A stretch of DNA of 53,314 nucleotides, the filler included, from Limisphaerales bacterium (lineage in GTDB: Bacteria > Verrucomicrobiota > Verrucomicrobiia > Limisphaerales > SIBE01), in assembly GCA_044225505.1 (NCBI GenBank). It is 2 parts of 2 records of this genome, joined end to end, with 100 filler letters (N's around TTAATTAATTAA, not from the genome) between each part and the next. Parts side by side here need not be neighbours in the genome. Positions count along the whole stretch, not along the records: positions 26,854 to 53,314 come from JBGAIN010000119.1; 1 more part is not named here. One strand, 5' to 3'. Each line of letters opens with the position of its first letter. Position 1 is the first letter of the stretch. The notes under the pieces are model-generated. The model was not told where the DNA came from. It saw nothing but the letters and a program-made list of their open reading frames with translations, and did no database searches. Both the position numbers and the translations under genes were made by a program. Positions 36,558 to 47,424 of this stretch are shown here, in pieces.

Positions 36558-38053
36558 TCAATGACCAGCCGTTGCTGTCGCTTCAGATCGGGAGCAGAAG
36601 GCGAGGAACAGAGCGCTGCCGGCGACGATTAACGCGATGATGAGGAACGCGTCGTTATAAGCCATCACGAACGCTTCACGGCGAACTAAACGCTGTAATG
36701 TTTCAAGGGCTTGTTGAGATGCAGTCGCGGCATCATAACCCTGTTGCACAAAAGTCGCCACGGATCGAACCAAAGTCTCCTGCGTGCCAGCACTGTAAAG
36801 ACTGACTCCTTCGCCGATCCGCTGCGAGTGAAACTGTTCACGACGCGTGACTAAGGTCGACAGTAGCGCGATGCCCATGGATCCCCCCAGGTTACGCAGC
36901 ATATTGAACAGGGCGGATGCAGACCCCGCCTGGCTAGACTCAATCGTCCCGGTAGCCAACGCCGTCAGCGGAACAAAGATAGTTGATCAATCGCCGTCCA
37001 ATGGGTCATGACAGAGTTCATGGCGCAACTGAACGCGAATAGAGCGAGGCCGACCGCGATCATTGCCCTAAGTTCGCAACGTTTCATTAACCACGGGACC
37101 ACGGGTAAGACAAACAGTTGAGGAACTCCCAGCCACATGATCGTCCGGCCGATCTGCAGCGAGTTATAACCCTGGATCTGACTGAGATAGAGCGGCAACA
37201 CGAAGGCCACTCCATATAACCCAACGCCGAGGACCACGTTAATCAGGGAAGCGAAGGCAAAGTTCCGGCGTTTCAGCAATCGTAAATTCAGGAACGGATT
37301 ACGGCCGGTAAGCTCAATCACGATACACGCGGTGAGGCACATGCCAGCCAGCACAGCCAACCCGGTGATCAGTCCAGACCCAAACCAATCCTTGCGATTT
37401 CCCTCTTCTAGAAAGGCGGTCAACGAGCCGAGCCCAATAGCCATCGTCACGACTCCAGCCCAATCCCCGCGGCGCAACCGATAGAGTTGCAGTTGTTCTT
37501 GCTCCAAGGAATAACTGATGGCCGCCATGAGGACGACTCCCGGAGCCAAGTTCATGTAGAATATGGAGGGCCAGCCGTAGTTCTCGGTCAGCCAACCGCC
37601 AATGGTCGGCCCAATCGCCGGGGCAAATGTCGCTGTCATCCGAAGAGGTGCAAAACCGACGGCGCGTTGGGCAGGTGCCAGGTGGGTGAGGATACTGTTA
37701 AAGGCCATTGGAATGAGGACTCCGCCGGTCAACCCTTGCAGGACACGAAACGCGATCATGACGGGCAAGCTCCAGGCTACGCCGCAAAGCACGGAAGCAA
37801 TCAAAAAGAGGCCAGCATTCGCCAAGAGGTATCGCCGGGGGGTAAAGACTTGAGAAAGCCATCCGGTTAAGGGGATAACAACAATTTCCGCCACCAGGTA
37901 AGAGGTCGAGATCCAGGAACCCTCCTCCAAAGTGGCGCCCAAGCTCCCCAAAATATTCGCGAGCGACGCGTTGGTGATCTGGATGTCCAAAACGGCCATG
38001 AAAGCTCCCAGAATTGAGCCCAGCACAGCAATCCAGTTACGCCATGGCCTCAT
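36558..38053 (-). pseudogene. EmrB/QacA (DHA2) efflux MFS with a frameshifting deletion near 36980
   Basis: MAVLDIQITN, WISTSYLVAE, EEGNRKDWF. After IDQL the frame jumps to IFVPLTALATG...SALFNMLRNLGGS; part of a TM helix appears to be missing. Confidence 0.8.
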
Positions 38054-39195
38054 GGGGAAACCTCGACGTCCACCTCCGCTGAGAGTCCCGGCACAATCCG
38101 TTCCTCAAAGCCGTCCAAACACTTGGAGTCAAAGACGATCTTCACTGGAACCCGTTGCACAATTTTGGTGAAGTTACCGGTAGCGTTGTCCGGTGGCAGG
38201 AGGGCAAACTGGGAGCCAGCCGCCGGAGAAAAGCTCTTCACGGTCCCAGCAAATCGATGCCCAGGGATGGCATCAATCCGAATCAGCGCTCGCTGGCCGA
38301 TGCGCAGATGTGCCAACTGAGTTTCTTTGAAGTTAGCTATTACCCACTTTTCGTCGCCCACCACACCCGCCAGGAACTGTCCCGGCTGCACCCGCTGTCC
38401 CACTTCGACGTTTTTGCGACCGACCGTGCCCGTGACCGGGGCCGCAATCACCAGATAAGAACGCTGCAATTCAGCCTCTTCCAGTCGAAGTTCCGCACTC
38501 TGAGATTGGCTAAGAGCGACCTCGGCGGCGGCCTGGCTAGATGTCAGTAGCGCGTTGGCCGACTGAAGATCACTCTCGCTCGCGCGAGATGAGGCACTGG
38601 CGACATCAAAGGCCGCTTGCGCAGCGTCGAATTCCTGTCGCGAGATCGCTGCGAACCGAGCTCCGCCCTCGGCCAGAAGCACAGCTCGTTCCTGGTCCAG
38701 GCGGGCTCGTTGGAGCTCTGCCGCGGTTTTGGCCGCCTTTGCTTCAGCCTGGGAGCGCTGGGCCCGCGCTTGCTGAACTCCAGCCAGGGCTTGCTCGGAC
38801 CGGGCCGCCATTTCCGCGACTTGGTTTCGGGCTTGAGCCACGGACAGGTTGGCATCGCGAGGATCCAAACGGATCATCGGGTCTCCAGCGACCACTCGTG
38901 AGTGATCGTCAATCAAGACTTCAGCGACGCTGCCAGCGATCCGAGAACTCGCTGGGTGAATCATTCCCGCAACGGCGGCGTTGTCCGTCGTGACGTGCGC
39001 ACGTGCGTGGTTCCAAACAACATAAGCGACAGCGCCAAGCAGCAGACCAGCGGCAATCAAAACGATCGTCCAGGGCCGCACGGTTCGGTTTGGAGTGGCC
39101 GAAGCGTCGGACTGCTCATGGCCCAGCGAAGGATCGGCTGGCTTCACGGAGCTCGCTAGCTTCGGATGGATGAATATTTCTAAGCTTGCACTCAT
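38050..39195 (-). CDS. EmrA/HlyD-family periplasmic adaptor
   Basis: TTDNA, ANFKETQL, FALLPPDNATGNFTKIVQRVPVKI. Confidence 0.93.
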   Translation of the reverse strand: MSASLEIFIHPKLASSVKPADPSLGHEQSDASATPNRTVRPWTIVLIAAGLLLGAVAYVVWNHARAHVTTDNAAVAGMIHPASSRIAGSVAEVLIDDHSRVVAGDPMIRLDPRDANLSVAQARNQVAEMAARSEQALAGVQQARAQRSQAEAKAAKTAAELQRARLDQERAVLLAEGGARFAAISRQEFDAAQAAFDVASASSRASESDLQSANALLTSSQAAAEVALSQSQSAELRLEEAELQRSYLVIAAPVTGTVGRKNVEVGQRVQPGQFLAGVVGDEKWVIANFKETQLAHLRIGQRALIRIDAIPGHRFAGTVKSFSPAAGSQFALLPPDNATGNFTKIVQRVPVKIVFDSKCLDGFEERIVPGLSAEVDVEVSP

Positions 39196-39339
39196 ACAAC
39201 GTAAACGCTCTGAATCAAAGAGCAGCGCGCCTTTGCCAGGTCAGCACGACCCAAACCGCGCACAGAGAACTGTAAACCCCGGAAATCAGGGGGAGCTAAT
39301 ATTTGTTTGGATGGCTAGCTCAACCTTTTCGGTATAACT

Positions 39340-40281
39340 GTGGAATACCGTCATCTCCGTTACTTTGTCACGGTGGCAGAAGAGCTTAACTTTTCCAGGG
39401 CCGCTCGGAAGCTGCACGTCTCGCAGCCGCCGCTCTCGCGACAAATTCGCGATCTGGAAGGAGAGCTGGGGTTGAGCTTGTTCCGGCGGGGCAAAATCAA
39501 AATTGAGCTGACCGAGGCTGGGCGTGACTTGTTCCAGCGGGCGCAGGTGCTCCTGCGGGAGCGCGAGGGATTCTTGCGACGCGCTCGAGAGCTGGCGCAA
39601 GCGGAACGTCCGGAACTGCACATCGGCTACGTCGCACATGTCCATGCGCAGTTGATTATCGACTCAGCAACGCGATTTCGTCTCCTTCATCCTGACGTCG
39701 CGGTGAAAGTCTTTGATTCGAGCACCACCGACCAGATTGAAGCCTTGCTGGCTGGCCGGATGCACTTAGGATTCGTTGGCTTTCAAGAAGCTGCGGTGCG
39801 GCACGGACTGGAAGTGGAATGCATCGGCACCACGCACGCGATCGTGGCTCTTCCGGAGAATCATCCTTTCGCACGGCGCCCCGCACAGCCGCTATCCGCA
39901 TTCAAGGATGAGCCGTTCATTGCCATTGACGAGAAGGCATTTCCAGGAGCCCGCGAATACATGCTCGAGTTCTGCCGCCTGGCCGGATTTCAACCCAGGA
40001 TCGTGCACCAAGCCGTTCTACCGGTCGACCTACTGAACCAGGTCGCGCTGGGAGAAGGCGTCGCGCTCGTGCCGGAGCACATGAGGGACACACCTAACCC
40101 TGGCGTCGCGTTCTGCGACCTCCGAGAACCGGTCCCGCGCATCGGTTCGTACGTTGCTTGGAAGGCTGCGGAGGTCTCCGACCTGGTGCCGGATTTTGTC
40201 AGCGTGGTCAAAGCGACTTATCAATCGGCGCGGCGATCGCGTCGGAAACTAGGAACGAAGCGGTTGACAAGCCGCGACTGA
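39340..40281 (+). CDS. LysR-family regulator divergent from emrAB
   Basis: RHLRYFVTVAEELNFSRAARKLHVSQPPLSRQIRDLE helix-turn-helix. Confidence 0.95.
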   Translation: MEYRHLRYFVTVAEELNFSRAARKLHVSQPPLSRQIRDLEGELGLSLFRRGKIKIELTEAGRDLFQRAQVLLREREGFLRRARELAQAERPELHIGYVAHVHAQLIIDSATRFRLLHPDVAVKVFDSSTTDQIEALLAGRMHLGFVGFQEAAVRHGLEVECIGTTHAIVALPENHPFARRPAQPLSAFKDEPFIAIDEKAFPGAREYMLEFCRLAGFQPRIVHQAVLPVDLLNQVALGEGVALVPEHMRDTPNPGVAFCDLREPVPRIGSYVAWKAAEVSDLVPDFVSVVKATYQSARRSRRKLGTKRLTSRD

Positions 40282-40358
40282 GTCTCACCAGAATTTGGAT
40301 TGCTCACAGTTAGACAGTTGCCTAATCTTGCCAGGATCATGACCGAGTCGTGCAAACT

Positions 40359-41648
40359 ATGAGCAACGTTGCGGAACTCACACTTGAGGGTAAGACCTAC
40401 AACCTGCCCGTGGTCGAGGGGACGGAAAAAGAGAAAGCGCTTTGCGTCGCCTCGTTGCGCGACCAAACTGGTTACGTGACGCTTGATGACGGTTACGCCA
40501 ATACCGGATCATGTCGCAGCGCCATTACCTTTATCGACGGCGAGCAAGGCATTCTGCGCTATCGCGGGATTCCCATCGAAGAGCTCGCGGAGCAGTCCAC
40601 CTTTGTCGAAGTCGCTCACCTCTTGATCATGGGAACGCTGCCGACGCGCGAGCAACTGAAGCGGTTTTCCAATTTGCTGACGGAAAGCCAGATGCTTCAT
40701 GAAGACATGAAGTATCATTTCGAAGGGTTTCCGTCGACGGCGCACCCGATGGCGATTCTCTCCTCGATGATCAATGCGAGCAGTTGTTTCGATCCCGAGT
40801 TGATGCATGGGTGGGAGAAAAATCATTTCGACGTCCAGGCGACGCGCCTTTTGTCACAAGTCCGGACGATTGCAGCGTTTTCTTACCGTAAATCCCGGGG
40901 GCTGCCTTTTGTTTATCCGAAGCCCCACTACAAGTACACGCAGAATTTCCTGCATATGATGTTCGCGGAACCGTATGAGGACGGGGATCCAAACCCGGAA
41001 TCGGTCAGTGCGCTCGATTTGATTTTCCTGCTCCACGCCGATCATGAACAGAACTGTTCGACCGCGACGGTTCGAATGGTCGCATCGAGCCGGGCCAATC
41101 TGTTTGCCAGCGCAGCAGCTGGAGTGTGTAGCTTGTGGGGACCGCTCCATGGCGGTGCCAACCAAGCGGTCATCGAGATGCTGGCTGACATTCATCGCAG
41201 CGGCGATGACGGTTCCAAGTTTATCACTGCGGCTAAGGATAAGAAATCGGGCAAACGTCTGATGGGCTTTGGGCATCGGGTCTACAAGAATTACGATCCG
41301 CGAGCAAAAATCATTAAGAAACGTTGCGACGAATTACTCGCCAAGCTGAAAAAGAGCGACCCGCTCCTGGACATTGCCAAGCGGCTGGAACAGGCCGCGT
41401 TGAACGATCCTTACTTTGTTGAACGAAAGCTTTATCCGAACGTCGACTTCTACAGCGGCATTATCATGCGTGCTATTGGAATTCCGTTGGAGATGTTTAC
41501 CGTCATGTTCGCGATTGGACGTATGCCAGGGTGGATTGCCAATTACCGTGAAGTTCTCGAAGATCCTTCCGGTCGCATCTACCGTCCCAGACAGATTTAC
41601 ACCGGGGAAACACTTCGCCGGTATCTTCCTCTTGATGAGCGCGATTAA
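40359..41648 (+). CDS. gltA: Citrate synthase
   Basis: [42 protein letters not shown]. Confidence 0.96.
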   Translation: MSNVAELTLEGKTYNLPVVEGTEKEKALCVASLRDQTGYVTLDDGYANTGSCRSAITFIDGEQGILRYRGIPIEELAEQSTFVEVAHLLIMGTLPTREQLKRFSNLLTESQMLHEDMKYHFEGFPSTAHPMAILSSMINASSCFDPELMHGWEKNHFDVQATRLLSQVRTIAAFSYRKSRGLPFVYPKPHYKYTQNFLHMMFAEPYEDGDPNPESVSALDLIFLLHADHEQNCSTATVRMVASSRANLFASAAAGVCSLWGPLHGGANQAVIEMLADIHRSGDDGSKFITAAKDKKSGKRLMGFGHRVYKNYDPRAKIIKKRCDELLAKLKKSDPLLDIAKRLEQAALNDPYFVERKLYPNVDFYSGIIMRAIGIPLEMFTVMFAIGRMPGWIANYREVLEDPSGRIYRPRQIYTGETLRRYLPLDERD

Positions 41649-41675
41649 ATTACGCGCTTGGATTGACGTTCCCGC

Positions 41676-42899
41676 ATGAATATTCACGAATATCAGGGCA
41701 AGCAACTGCTCGCCTCCGAAGGCGTAGCCATTCCCGAAGGCCGTGTTGCGCAAAACGCCGAGGAAGCCAAAGCCATCGCGACGGAACTCGCCGCGAAAGG
41801 GCACAAGCGATTTGTCGTTAAATCACAGATCCACGCTGGCGGCCGGGGCAAAGGGACGTTTAAGAACGGGCTGCAAGGCGGGGTCAAGGTGCTCTCCTCG
41901 GTCGACCAGGTCTACGAACGCACCGGTCAGATGATTGGCCAGGTGCTGATCACCAAGCAAACCGGATCTGAAGGACGGCTGGTTACTAAACTCCTTGTCG
42001 ACGGCGCACCTGAGATCAAAAAAGAACTTTACGTCGCAGTATTGCTTGATCGGGGAATGTCGAGGCCAGTCATGATGGCCAGCACCGAGGGCGGGATGGA
42101 TATCGAAGAGGTCGCCGCGAAAACGCCAGAAAAAATCGTCAAGGAATGGATCGACCCGGCATTAGGAATGATGCCGTACCAAGCTCGCAAAATCGCGTCC
42201 GGGCTGAATTTGCGCGGTGAATTAATGGGCCCGGCGGTAAAACTATTGACCGGAATCTACAATGCCTGGTGGAAATCGGACGCCACGCTGGTCGAGATCA
42301 ACCCGCTCTGCATCGTGGCTGGGCCGAATGGCCAAGACACGTTGATGGCGGTGGATGCCAAGGTGTCATTGGATGACAACGCTCTTTACCGCCACAAAGA
42401 TCTTGCGGCTCTTCGGGATCTCAACGAAGAAGCACCCTTGGAAGTAGAAGCAAGCAAGTTCGGTCTGAACTATATCAAATTGGACGGTAATATTGCTTGC
42501 CTGGTAAACGGTGCAGGTTTGGCCATGGCAACGATGGATATCATTCAGCATTTTGGCGGCAAACCCGCCAACTTTCTCGATGTCGGCGGCGGTGCCAGCA
42601 AAGAACAGGTAACGGCAGCGTTTCGCATCATTCTCAGCGATCGCAATGTCGAAGCAATCTTGGTGAACATTTTTGGAGGGATCATGCAGTGTGACATCAT
42701 TGCCACCGGCATTGTCGCTGCTGTCAAGGAGACAAAGTTGAACTTACCTCTGGTCGTCCGATTGGAAGGGAACAACGTCGAATTGGGCAAGAAAATCCTG
42801 CAGGACTCTGGCTTGCCTATCATTAACGCGGGTTCAATGGCGGATGGGGCCGAGAAAGTCGTCAAAGCTCTCGCCGCGCGCTCGTCTGCCGGGCGCTAA
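41676..42899 (+). CDS. sucC: Succinyl-CoA synthetase beta subunit
   Basis: [48 protein letters not shown]. Confidence 0.96.
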   Translation: MNIHEYQGKQLLASEGVAIPEGRVAQNAEEAKAIATELAAKGHKRFVVKSQIHAGGRGKGTFKNGLQGGVKVLSSVDQVYERTGQMIGQVLITKQTGSEGRLVTKLLVDGAPEIKKELYVAVLLDRGMSRPVMMASTEGGMDIEEVAAKTPEKIVKEWIDPALGMMPYQARKIASGLNLRGELMGPAVKLLTGIYNAWWKSDATLVEINPLCIVAGPNGQDTLMAVDAKVSLDDNALYRHKDLAALRDLNEEAPLEVEASKFGLNYIKLDGNIACLVNGAGLAMATMDIIQHFGGKPANFLDVGGGASKEQVTAAFRIILSDRNVEAILVNIFGGIMQCDIIATGIVAAVKETKLNLPLVVRLEGNNVELGKKILQDSGLPIINAGSMADGAEKVVKALAARSSAGR

Positions 42900-42936
42900 A
42901 GGGCCGCTCGTGGATCCGATCTGATTTTCTATCGCC

Positions 42937-43833
42937 ATGTCTATCTTAGTTACGCCGACCACTAAAATTCTCGTTCAAGGCATTACTGGCAGCTTCGGCG
43001 CCAAGCATACCCAATTGAGCCTCGCCTACGGCACACAGGTCGTGGCCGGAGTAACGCCAGGGAAAGGGGGTCAGCACTTTGAGAACAAGGTGCCGATCTT
43101 TGACACCGTCCGGGAAGCCAAGATTCAAACCGGAGCGACAGCGTCTGCGATCTTTGTTCCCCCTGCATTCGCAGCGGACGCTATCTTGGAAGCGTTCGAC
43201 GCCGAGTTGGACTTGGTCGTTTGCATCACTGAGGGAATTCCCGTTCGAGACATGATCCAGGTCAAACGCGCCACGGCCGGACGAAAAACCCGGTTAATCG
43301 GGCCGAATTGCCCAGGGATCGTAACGCCTGGCCCAGGCAAAGATTCCGTCGGTGGTTGCCGCATCGGGATTGCACCGGGCTATATACATCAAAAGGGTAA
43401 TATTGGTGTCGTTTCTCGCAGCGGCACTCTGACCTATGAAGCGGTGTGGCAGTTGACCTGTCTGGGCCTTGGGCAGTCAACTTGCGTTGGAATTGGCGGA
43501 GATCCTGTGAATGGGACGAGCCATTTGGATGTCATCCAATTGTTCAATGAGGATCCGGAAACGCACGGCATTATCATGATCGGTGAGATTGGCGGATCGG
43601 CCGAAGAAGAAGCCGCGGCCTGGATACAAAAGCATTGTCGAAAGCCGGTTGCAGGGTTTATCGCCGGAGCGACTGCCCCACCTGGACGGCGAATGGGTCA
43701 CGCAGGCGCGATTGTTAGTGGAGGCAAAGGAACAGCCGCCGCAAAAATTGCCGCGTTTCGAGAAGCGGGCATCGGTATCGCAGAAACACCGTCCGTCATG
43801 GCGGAGACTTTAGTAAGAATGATGAAGCGTTAA
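42937..43833 (+). CDS. sucD: Succinyl-CoA synthetase alpha subunit
   Basis: [29 protein letters not shown]. Confidence 0.96.
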   Translation: MSILVTPTTKILVQGITGSFGAKHTQLSLAYGTQVVAGVTPGKGGQHFENKVPIFDTVREAKIQTGATASAIFVPPAFAADAILEAFDAELDLVVCITEGIPVRDMIQVKRATAGRKTRLIGPNCPGIVTPGPGKDSVGGCRIGIAPGYIHQKGNIGVVSRSGTLTYEAVWQLTCLGLGQSTCVGIGGDPVNGTSHLDVIQLFNEDPETHGIIMIGEIGGSAEEEAAAWIQKHCRKPVAGFIAGATAPPGRRMGHAGAIVSGGKGTAAAKIAAFREAGIGIAETPSVMAETLVRMMKR

Positions 43834-43915
43834 CGGCCATGCGGCAGCGGGCCGCGCCAGTGTTTCCGAGACGTCAGCCGATGTCTCATGAACCCGCGCC
43901 GCCTGCTGACTTATC

Positions 43916-44761
43916 ATGGGCCTCATCGACCTGATTCTGAATGTCGCCTGCGTGCTTCTTTGGTTTAACTGGCGCTCGGCGCAGGTAGCTACGTTCGAAA
44001 AATCCCCTCCAGTCACACTCGCCTCGACAATCAAGCAAGTCGACACCCGTCACTCCGGAAGGTGGTTCCTATTACTGGCGCTGCTTGGATTGCTCATGGC
44101 GCGCAGTTTTGTTTACTGGAAGCTCGGTGCAGCTTGGAGATGGACGCCCACACTCGAGTTGGGGGTGATTCGCTTACCGTTCCGGAGCGACTTCTTGGCG
44201 CGTATTGTCGCTTATTCGTGGCTGAGCTTCGCGCTTCTGCTTGGAACGATCTACGCGTGGCTCATTTTGCTTTCTATCATCAATCGTCGAGTCGCGGGCG
44301 ATGAACCGCTGCAAAAGCTCGTTCGGCTGCATCTGGGCTGGATCGATCGTTGGCCACCCTTGCTGCAAGCCGCCCTGCCCGCCCTAATTACAGCTGCTAT
44401 CTGGGGGTTTAGCCACTCCAGTCTGGTCCGCTTGGGTATTGTTCCGGTCCCCTCTTCACAAGCTCAGGTGTGGCAAGAAGCCCTGCTTCTAGGCGTTAGC
44501 AGCTGGCTGGTCTGGAAGCCACTCGTGCTCCTCCTGTGCGTGCTTTACGTGATCCAAAGCTACGTCTACCTTGGCGAGGCACCTTTCTGGCGGTTTATCA
44601 ATACGAGCGGCACTAACCTGCTCGGACCGTTGCGCCGTTTGCCAATCGCGATCGGAAAACTAGACCTCGCTCCACTGGTAGTCATGGCGCTGGTCTTCGG
44701 AATTGGACATTGGGCCGCTCGTTGGCTGCCAAAGCTCTTTCAGCAACTGCCTCTCCCGTGA
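43916..44761 (+). CDS. Extended YggT-like membrane protein
   Basis: Multi-TM; C-terminal LLGPLRRLPIAIGKLDLAPLV resembles YGGT; precedes DUF167 as in yggT-yggU. Confidence 0.65.
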   Translation: MGLIDLILNVACVLLWFNWRSAQVATFEKSPPVTLASTIKQVDTRHSGRWFLLLALLGLLMARSFVYWKLGAAWRWTPTLELGVIRLPFRSDFLARIVAYSWLSFALLLGTIYAWLILLSIINRRVAGDEPLQKLVRLHLGWIDRWPPLLQAALPALITAAIWGFSHSSLVRLGIVPVPSSQAQVWQEALLLGVSSWLVWKPLVLLLCVLYVIQSYVYLGEAPFWRFINTSGTNLLGPLRRLPIAIGKLDLAPLVVMALVFGIGHWAARWLPKLFQQLPLP

Positions 44762-44770
44762 TCAAGCCCT

Positions 44771-45058
44771 ATGGCACCGTTCTTACAAGTGAGCAAGGAA
44801 GGCGTTTACATCCACATCAAAGTCCAGCCGCGTGCGCATCGGACAGAGGTTGCCGGAATTTGGGAACGTGAGCTGAAAGTCAAAGTTTCCGCCCCGCCCG
44901 TGGACAGCGCGGCAAATGAGGCGTTGATTCGCTTTCTGGCGGATCACCTCGGTTGTGCCAAGAACGCGGTGACACTCGTGCGCGGGCAAACCTCGCGTCA
45001 CAAGGTCGTATTGATCTCCGGGCTCACCGCCGAGGCCATCGCTGATCGTCTAGCCTAA
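44771..45058 (+). CDS. DUF167 / YggU family protein
   Basis: KVQPRA, APPVDSAANEAL, GQTSRHK. Confidence 0.9.
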   Translation: MAPFLQVSKEGVYIHIKVQPRAHRTEVAGIWERELKVKVSAPPVDSAANEALIRFLADHLGCAKNAVTLVRGQTSRHKVVLISGLTAEAIADRLA

Positions 45059-45093
45059 AACACGTCGACCTTGGTGAGCTTCAAACTTGCTGC

Positions 45094-45900
45094 CTAGCTC
45101 AGTAATTTCGGAAAGAACGAGTGCGCGGCCGCGCACGTTGCGTCGCCCAGACTTTCCATCGAGATTCCCTGAAGCGTGGCAATGGCCTTCGCTGTCTCAC
45201 GCACATAGGCTGGTTCACAGCGTTTACCACGAAAGGGAACAGGCGCCAGAAATGGCGCATCCGTTTCCAGCATGAACTGGCTTGGTGAAAGCGCCGCGGC
45301 GCTAGCCTGTGCCGTTTGCGCGTTCTTAAACGTCACAATTCCAGTGAAGCTAACAAGAGATCCCAACGCCAAGACACGCTGGGCGTCGGCAGGTGGGTTA
45401 CCGAAACAATGGAATACCGTGCGCAATCGCCCGGAGTACGGCTGCACTTCAAGGAGTGTATCCTCAAACGAGTCCCGCTGATGCACGACACAGTTCAGGC
45501 CCAACTCCGCAGCCAAATCAAGTTGCTGTCGAAAAACCGTCTTTTGCTTCTCCATATACGGACCGTCCTCATCCAGATGCCCTCCTTCCCGCCTGCTCGG
45601 AAGGCGATAGTAGTCCAGGCCAATCTCGCCGATCCCGACCACTTTGGGATGACGCGCCAGCACGCGCAATTCAGGGCGAACGTCCGCTGGCGCTCGTGCG
45701 GCATCTGACGGATGCCATCCGACGGTCGCATAGACATTCGGGTAGGTCTCGCTAATCTGAATGGCGCGATGACTGGTCTCGAGATCGGTCCCGATGGTAA
45801 TCACCTTGGTCACGCCTGCCTCGCGCGCGCGCTCGAGGACCTCGTGAAGGTCTCCCTCAAAGTCCGCGTATCCAAGATGCGCGTGAGTATCGTAAAACAT
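45094..45900 (-). CDS. tatD: TatD-family hydrolase
   Basis: DTHAH, GWHP, GEIGLDYY, HQRDS, HCF, ETDAPFLAP. Confidence 0.94.
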   Translation of the reverse strand: MFYDTHAHLGYADFEGDLHEVLERAREAGVTKVITIGTDLETSHRAIQISETYPNVYATVGWHPSDAARAPADVRPELRVLARHPKVVGIGEIGLDYYRLPSRREGGHLDEDGPYMEKQKTVFRQQLDLAAELGLNCVVHQRDSFEDTLLEVQPYSGRLRTVFHCFGNPPADAQRVLALGSLVSFTGIVTFKNAQTAQASAAALSPSQFMLETDAPFLAPVPFRGKRCEPAYVRETAKAIATLQGISMESLGDATCAAAHSFFPKLLS

Positions 45901-46033
45901 CTGAGAAGGTTAATGGTCCACGCCAAACCTGACGATGCCGAAGATGCGAACTCCGCCGCGGTCCGTGATCTCACCCTCATCCCTCGCCCCCACATCTCTC
46001 CCGGCAAGCGATGCTCGTAAAACCCAGCCGCCA

Positions 46034-46600
46034 TCACTCTCGGACGGCCGTCTCGACAACGCCTTTGGCTTCCTTCGACCGCCGATCCGCTCGCGCGAAA
46101 GCATACTGATCGAGCAACGGCAAGCCCTTCACAAATCGACGTTTAAACTCAACCAAGCCCGATTCCACCATGAGAGCATTTACATTGGTCTCACCGACGC
46201 GCACCACCCCCACCCCACGACGTTGCTCGTCAATCCAAGTTAAAGTGATCTGCACCTCGTTCGACCGCACCAATTCATTGAGCCGTGCTCTGCTTCGGAT
46301 CGCTAAATCCCCTTCCGCGGTATTCGGCTGGAATGGAGGTGGAACGAGGCCGAGAAGCGCGATGCTGTAGTTGTGACGATCAGTCCCGCGCACCATGATC
46401 GATGCCCCATCAGGCACCTTGATCACGGTTCCTGAAATCTCGCCGACCGGCCTGACGGAGATGTCGCTTTTATTCTGCCAGACCGTGTACCAGTCCACGA
46501 CGGGTTCAGAGATTCCAGTTCGCTGGTATACCCACGCTGTCAGTCCAACGATTAGGGCAACCCACGCGGCTAGGTAAATGCGATGGAGCACGTGGAACAT
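46034..46600 (-). CDS. Membrane-anchored thermonuclease (SNase)-fold protein, catalytic motifs degenerate
   Basis: GTVIKVPDGASI, IALLGL, DEQRRGVG and NVNALMVESGL follow the SNase pattern; N-terminal TM. Confidence 0.65.
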   Translation of the reverse strand: MFHVLHRIYLAAWVALIVGLTAWVYQRTGISEPVVDWYTVWQNKSDISVRPVGEISGTVIKVPDGASIMVRGTDRHNYSIALLGLVPPPFQPNTAEGDLAIRSRARLNELVRSNEVQITLTWIDEQRRGVGVVRVGETNVNALMVESGLVEFKRRFVKGLPLLDQYAFARADRRSKEAKGVVETAVRE

Positions 46601-46606
46601 AGATCG

Positions 46607-47416
46607 TCATTCCGCTTTAAGAAAGGCGACGACGCGCGCCCAGACGATGGAAATTCCGGTCGCAAAAGGCTGTCCGTGGGGACGGGATCCGCCTCGGCTT
46701 GACGAAACAATTTCTGGCTCAACGGAAGGCACCGCGGGCGTGACTGAGCCAGCCGGCGGCGAGTCCACCAGAGCTTTATCCAAGGGATCGTCCGAGCGCC
46801 GAAAAAGGCGAATTTGGGGATTCCGCTTCAAGCCTACGAGCCGTGGCGCTGCGGGAATGGCAATCGGAACAGCCTCCGGTCGAGGAGGTTTTTCCAGAGA
46901 AAGGAGCATGATATTTACTTCCTGATTTCGGTGTGGCCGCGGATCGACGCCATGCCGTTTCAAAATCACATACGCTTGGAGCGAGTTCTGCGTGTTGTTA
47001 AACTGGAAAACTTCACGCGCATAGATCTTTTCCAGCCAGGAGTCGCGGGGGGCGTTCTTCAATCCCACGATAAACGGAGTCGGCGACGATGGGTGTCGGA
47101 CAGCTTCCCAGAAACAAAGGGCCGCTGTCCATCGGCGAAAACCTCGCGCGTCGGTCCATTTGAGCATCTTGGAGATCCAATTAGTCCGCTCGACGTAAGT
47201 GCTCTCAGTCATCGTCCCGGTGAGTGGCCCACTAACTTTGTCACCGAGATAGGGCGCCCAGACGAGCGCATTCAGAAACCCCAGTCCAACGCAGATCACC
47301 AAATAATATGCGCCAGTCAGGTCTCCAGCTTCGCCGGTGCCGCCGGCATTCCTGGCGCCCTCAATCATTTCGAAAAGCAGCGCCGCCCCAAAAAGGATTC
47401 GCAAGACGATCAGCAT
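46607..47416 (-). CDS. Hypothetical membrane protein
   Basis: Two N-terminal TMs, helical domain, Pro/Ser tail; tightly coupled to its neighbours. Confidence 0.7.
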   Translation of the reverse strand: MLIVLRILFGAALLFEMIEGARNAGGTGEAGDLTGAYYLVICVGLGFLNALVWAPYLGDKVSGPLTGTMTESTYVERTNWISKMLKWTDARGFRRWTAALCFWEAVRHPSSPTPFIVGLKNAPRDSWLEKIYAREVFQFNNTQNSLQAYVILKRHGVDPRPHRNQEVNIMLLSLEKPPRPEAVPIAIPAAPRLVGLKRNPQIRLFRRSDDPLDKALVDSPPAGSVTPAVPSVEPEIVSSSRGGSRPHGQPFATGISIVWARVVAFLKAE

Positions 47417-47424
47417 GGCATCCG

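Noticed and set aside
40359..43833. gltA-sucC-sucD as a possible citryl-CoA synthetase/lyase (reverse TCA) module
   Set aside because: The citrate synthase is full length with all canonical catalytic motifs, and SucCD look ordinary.
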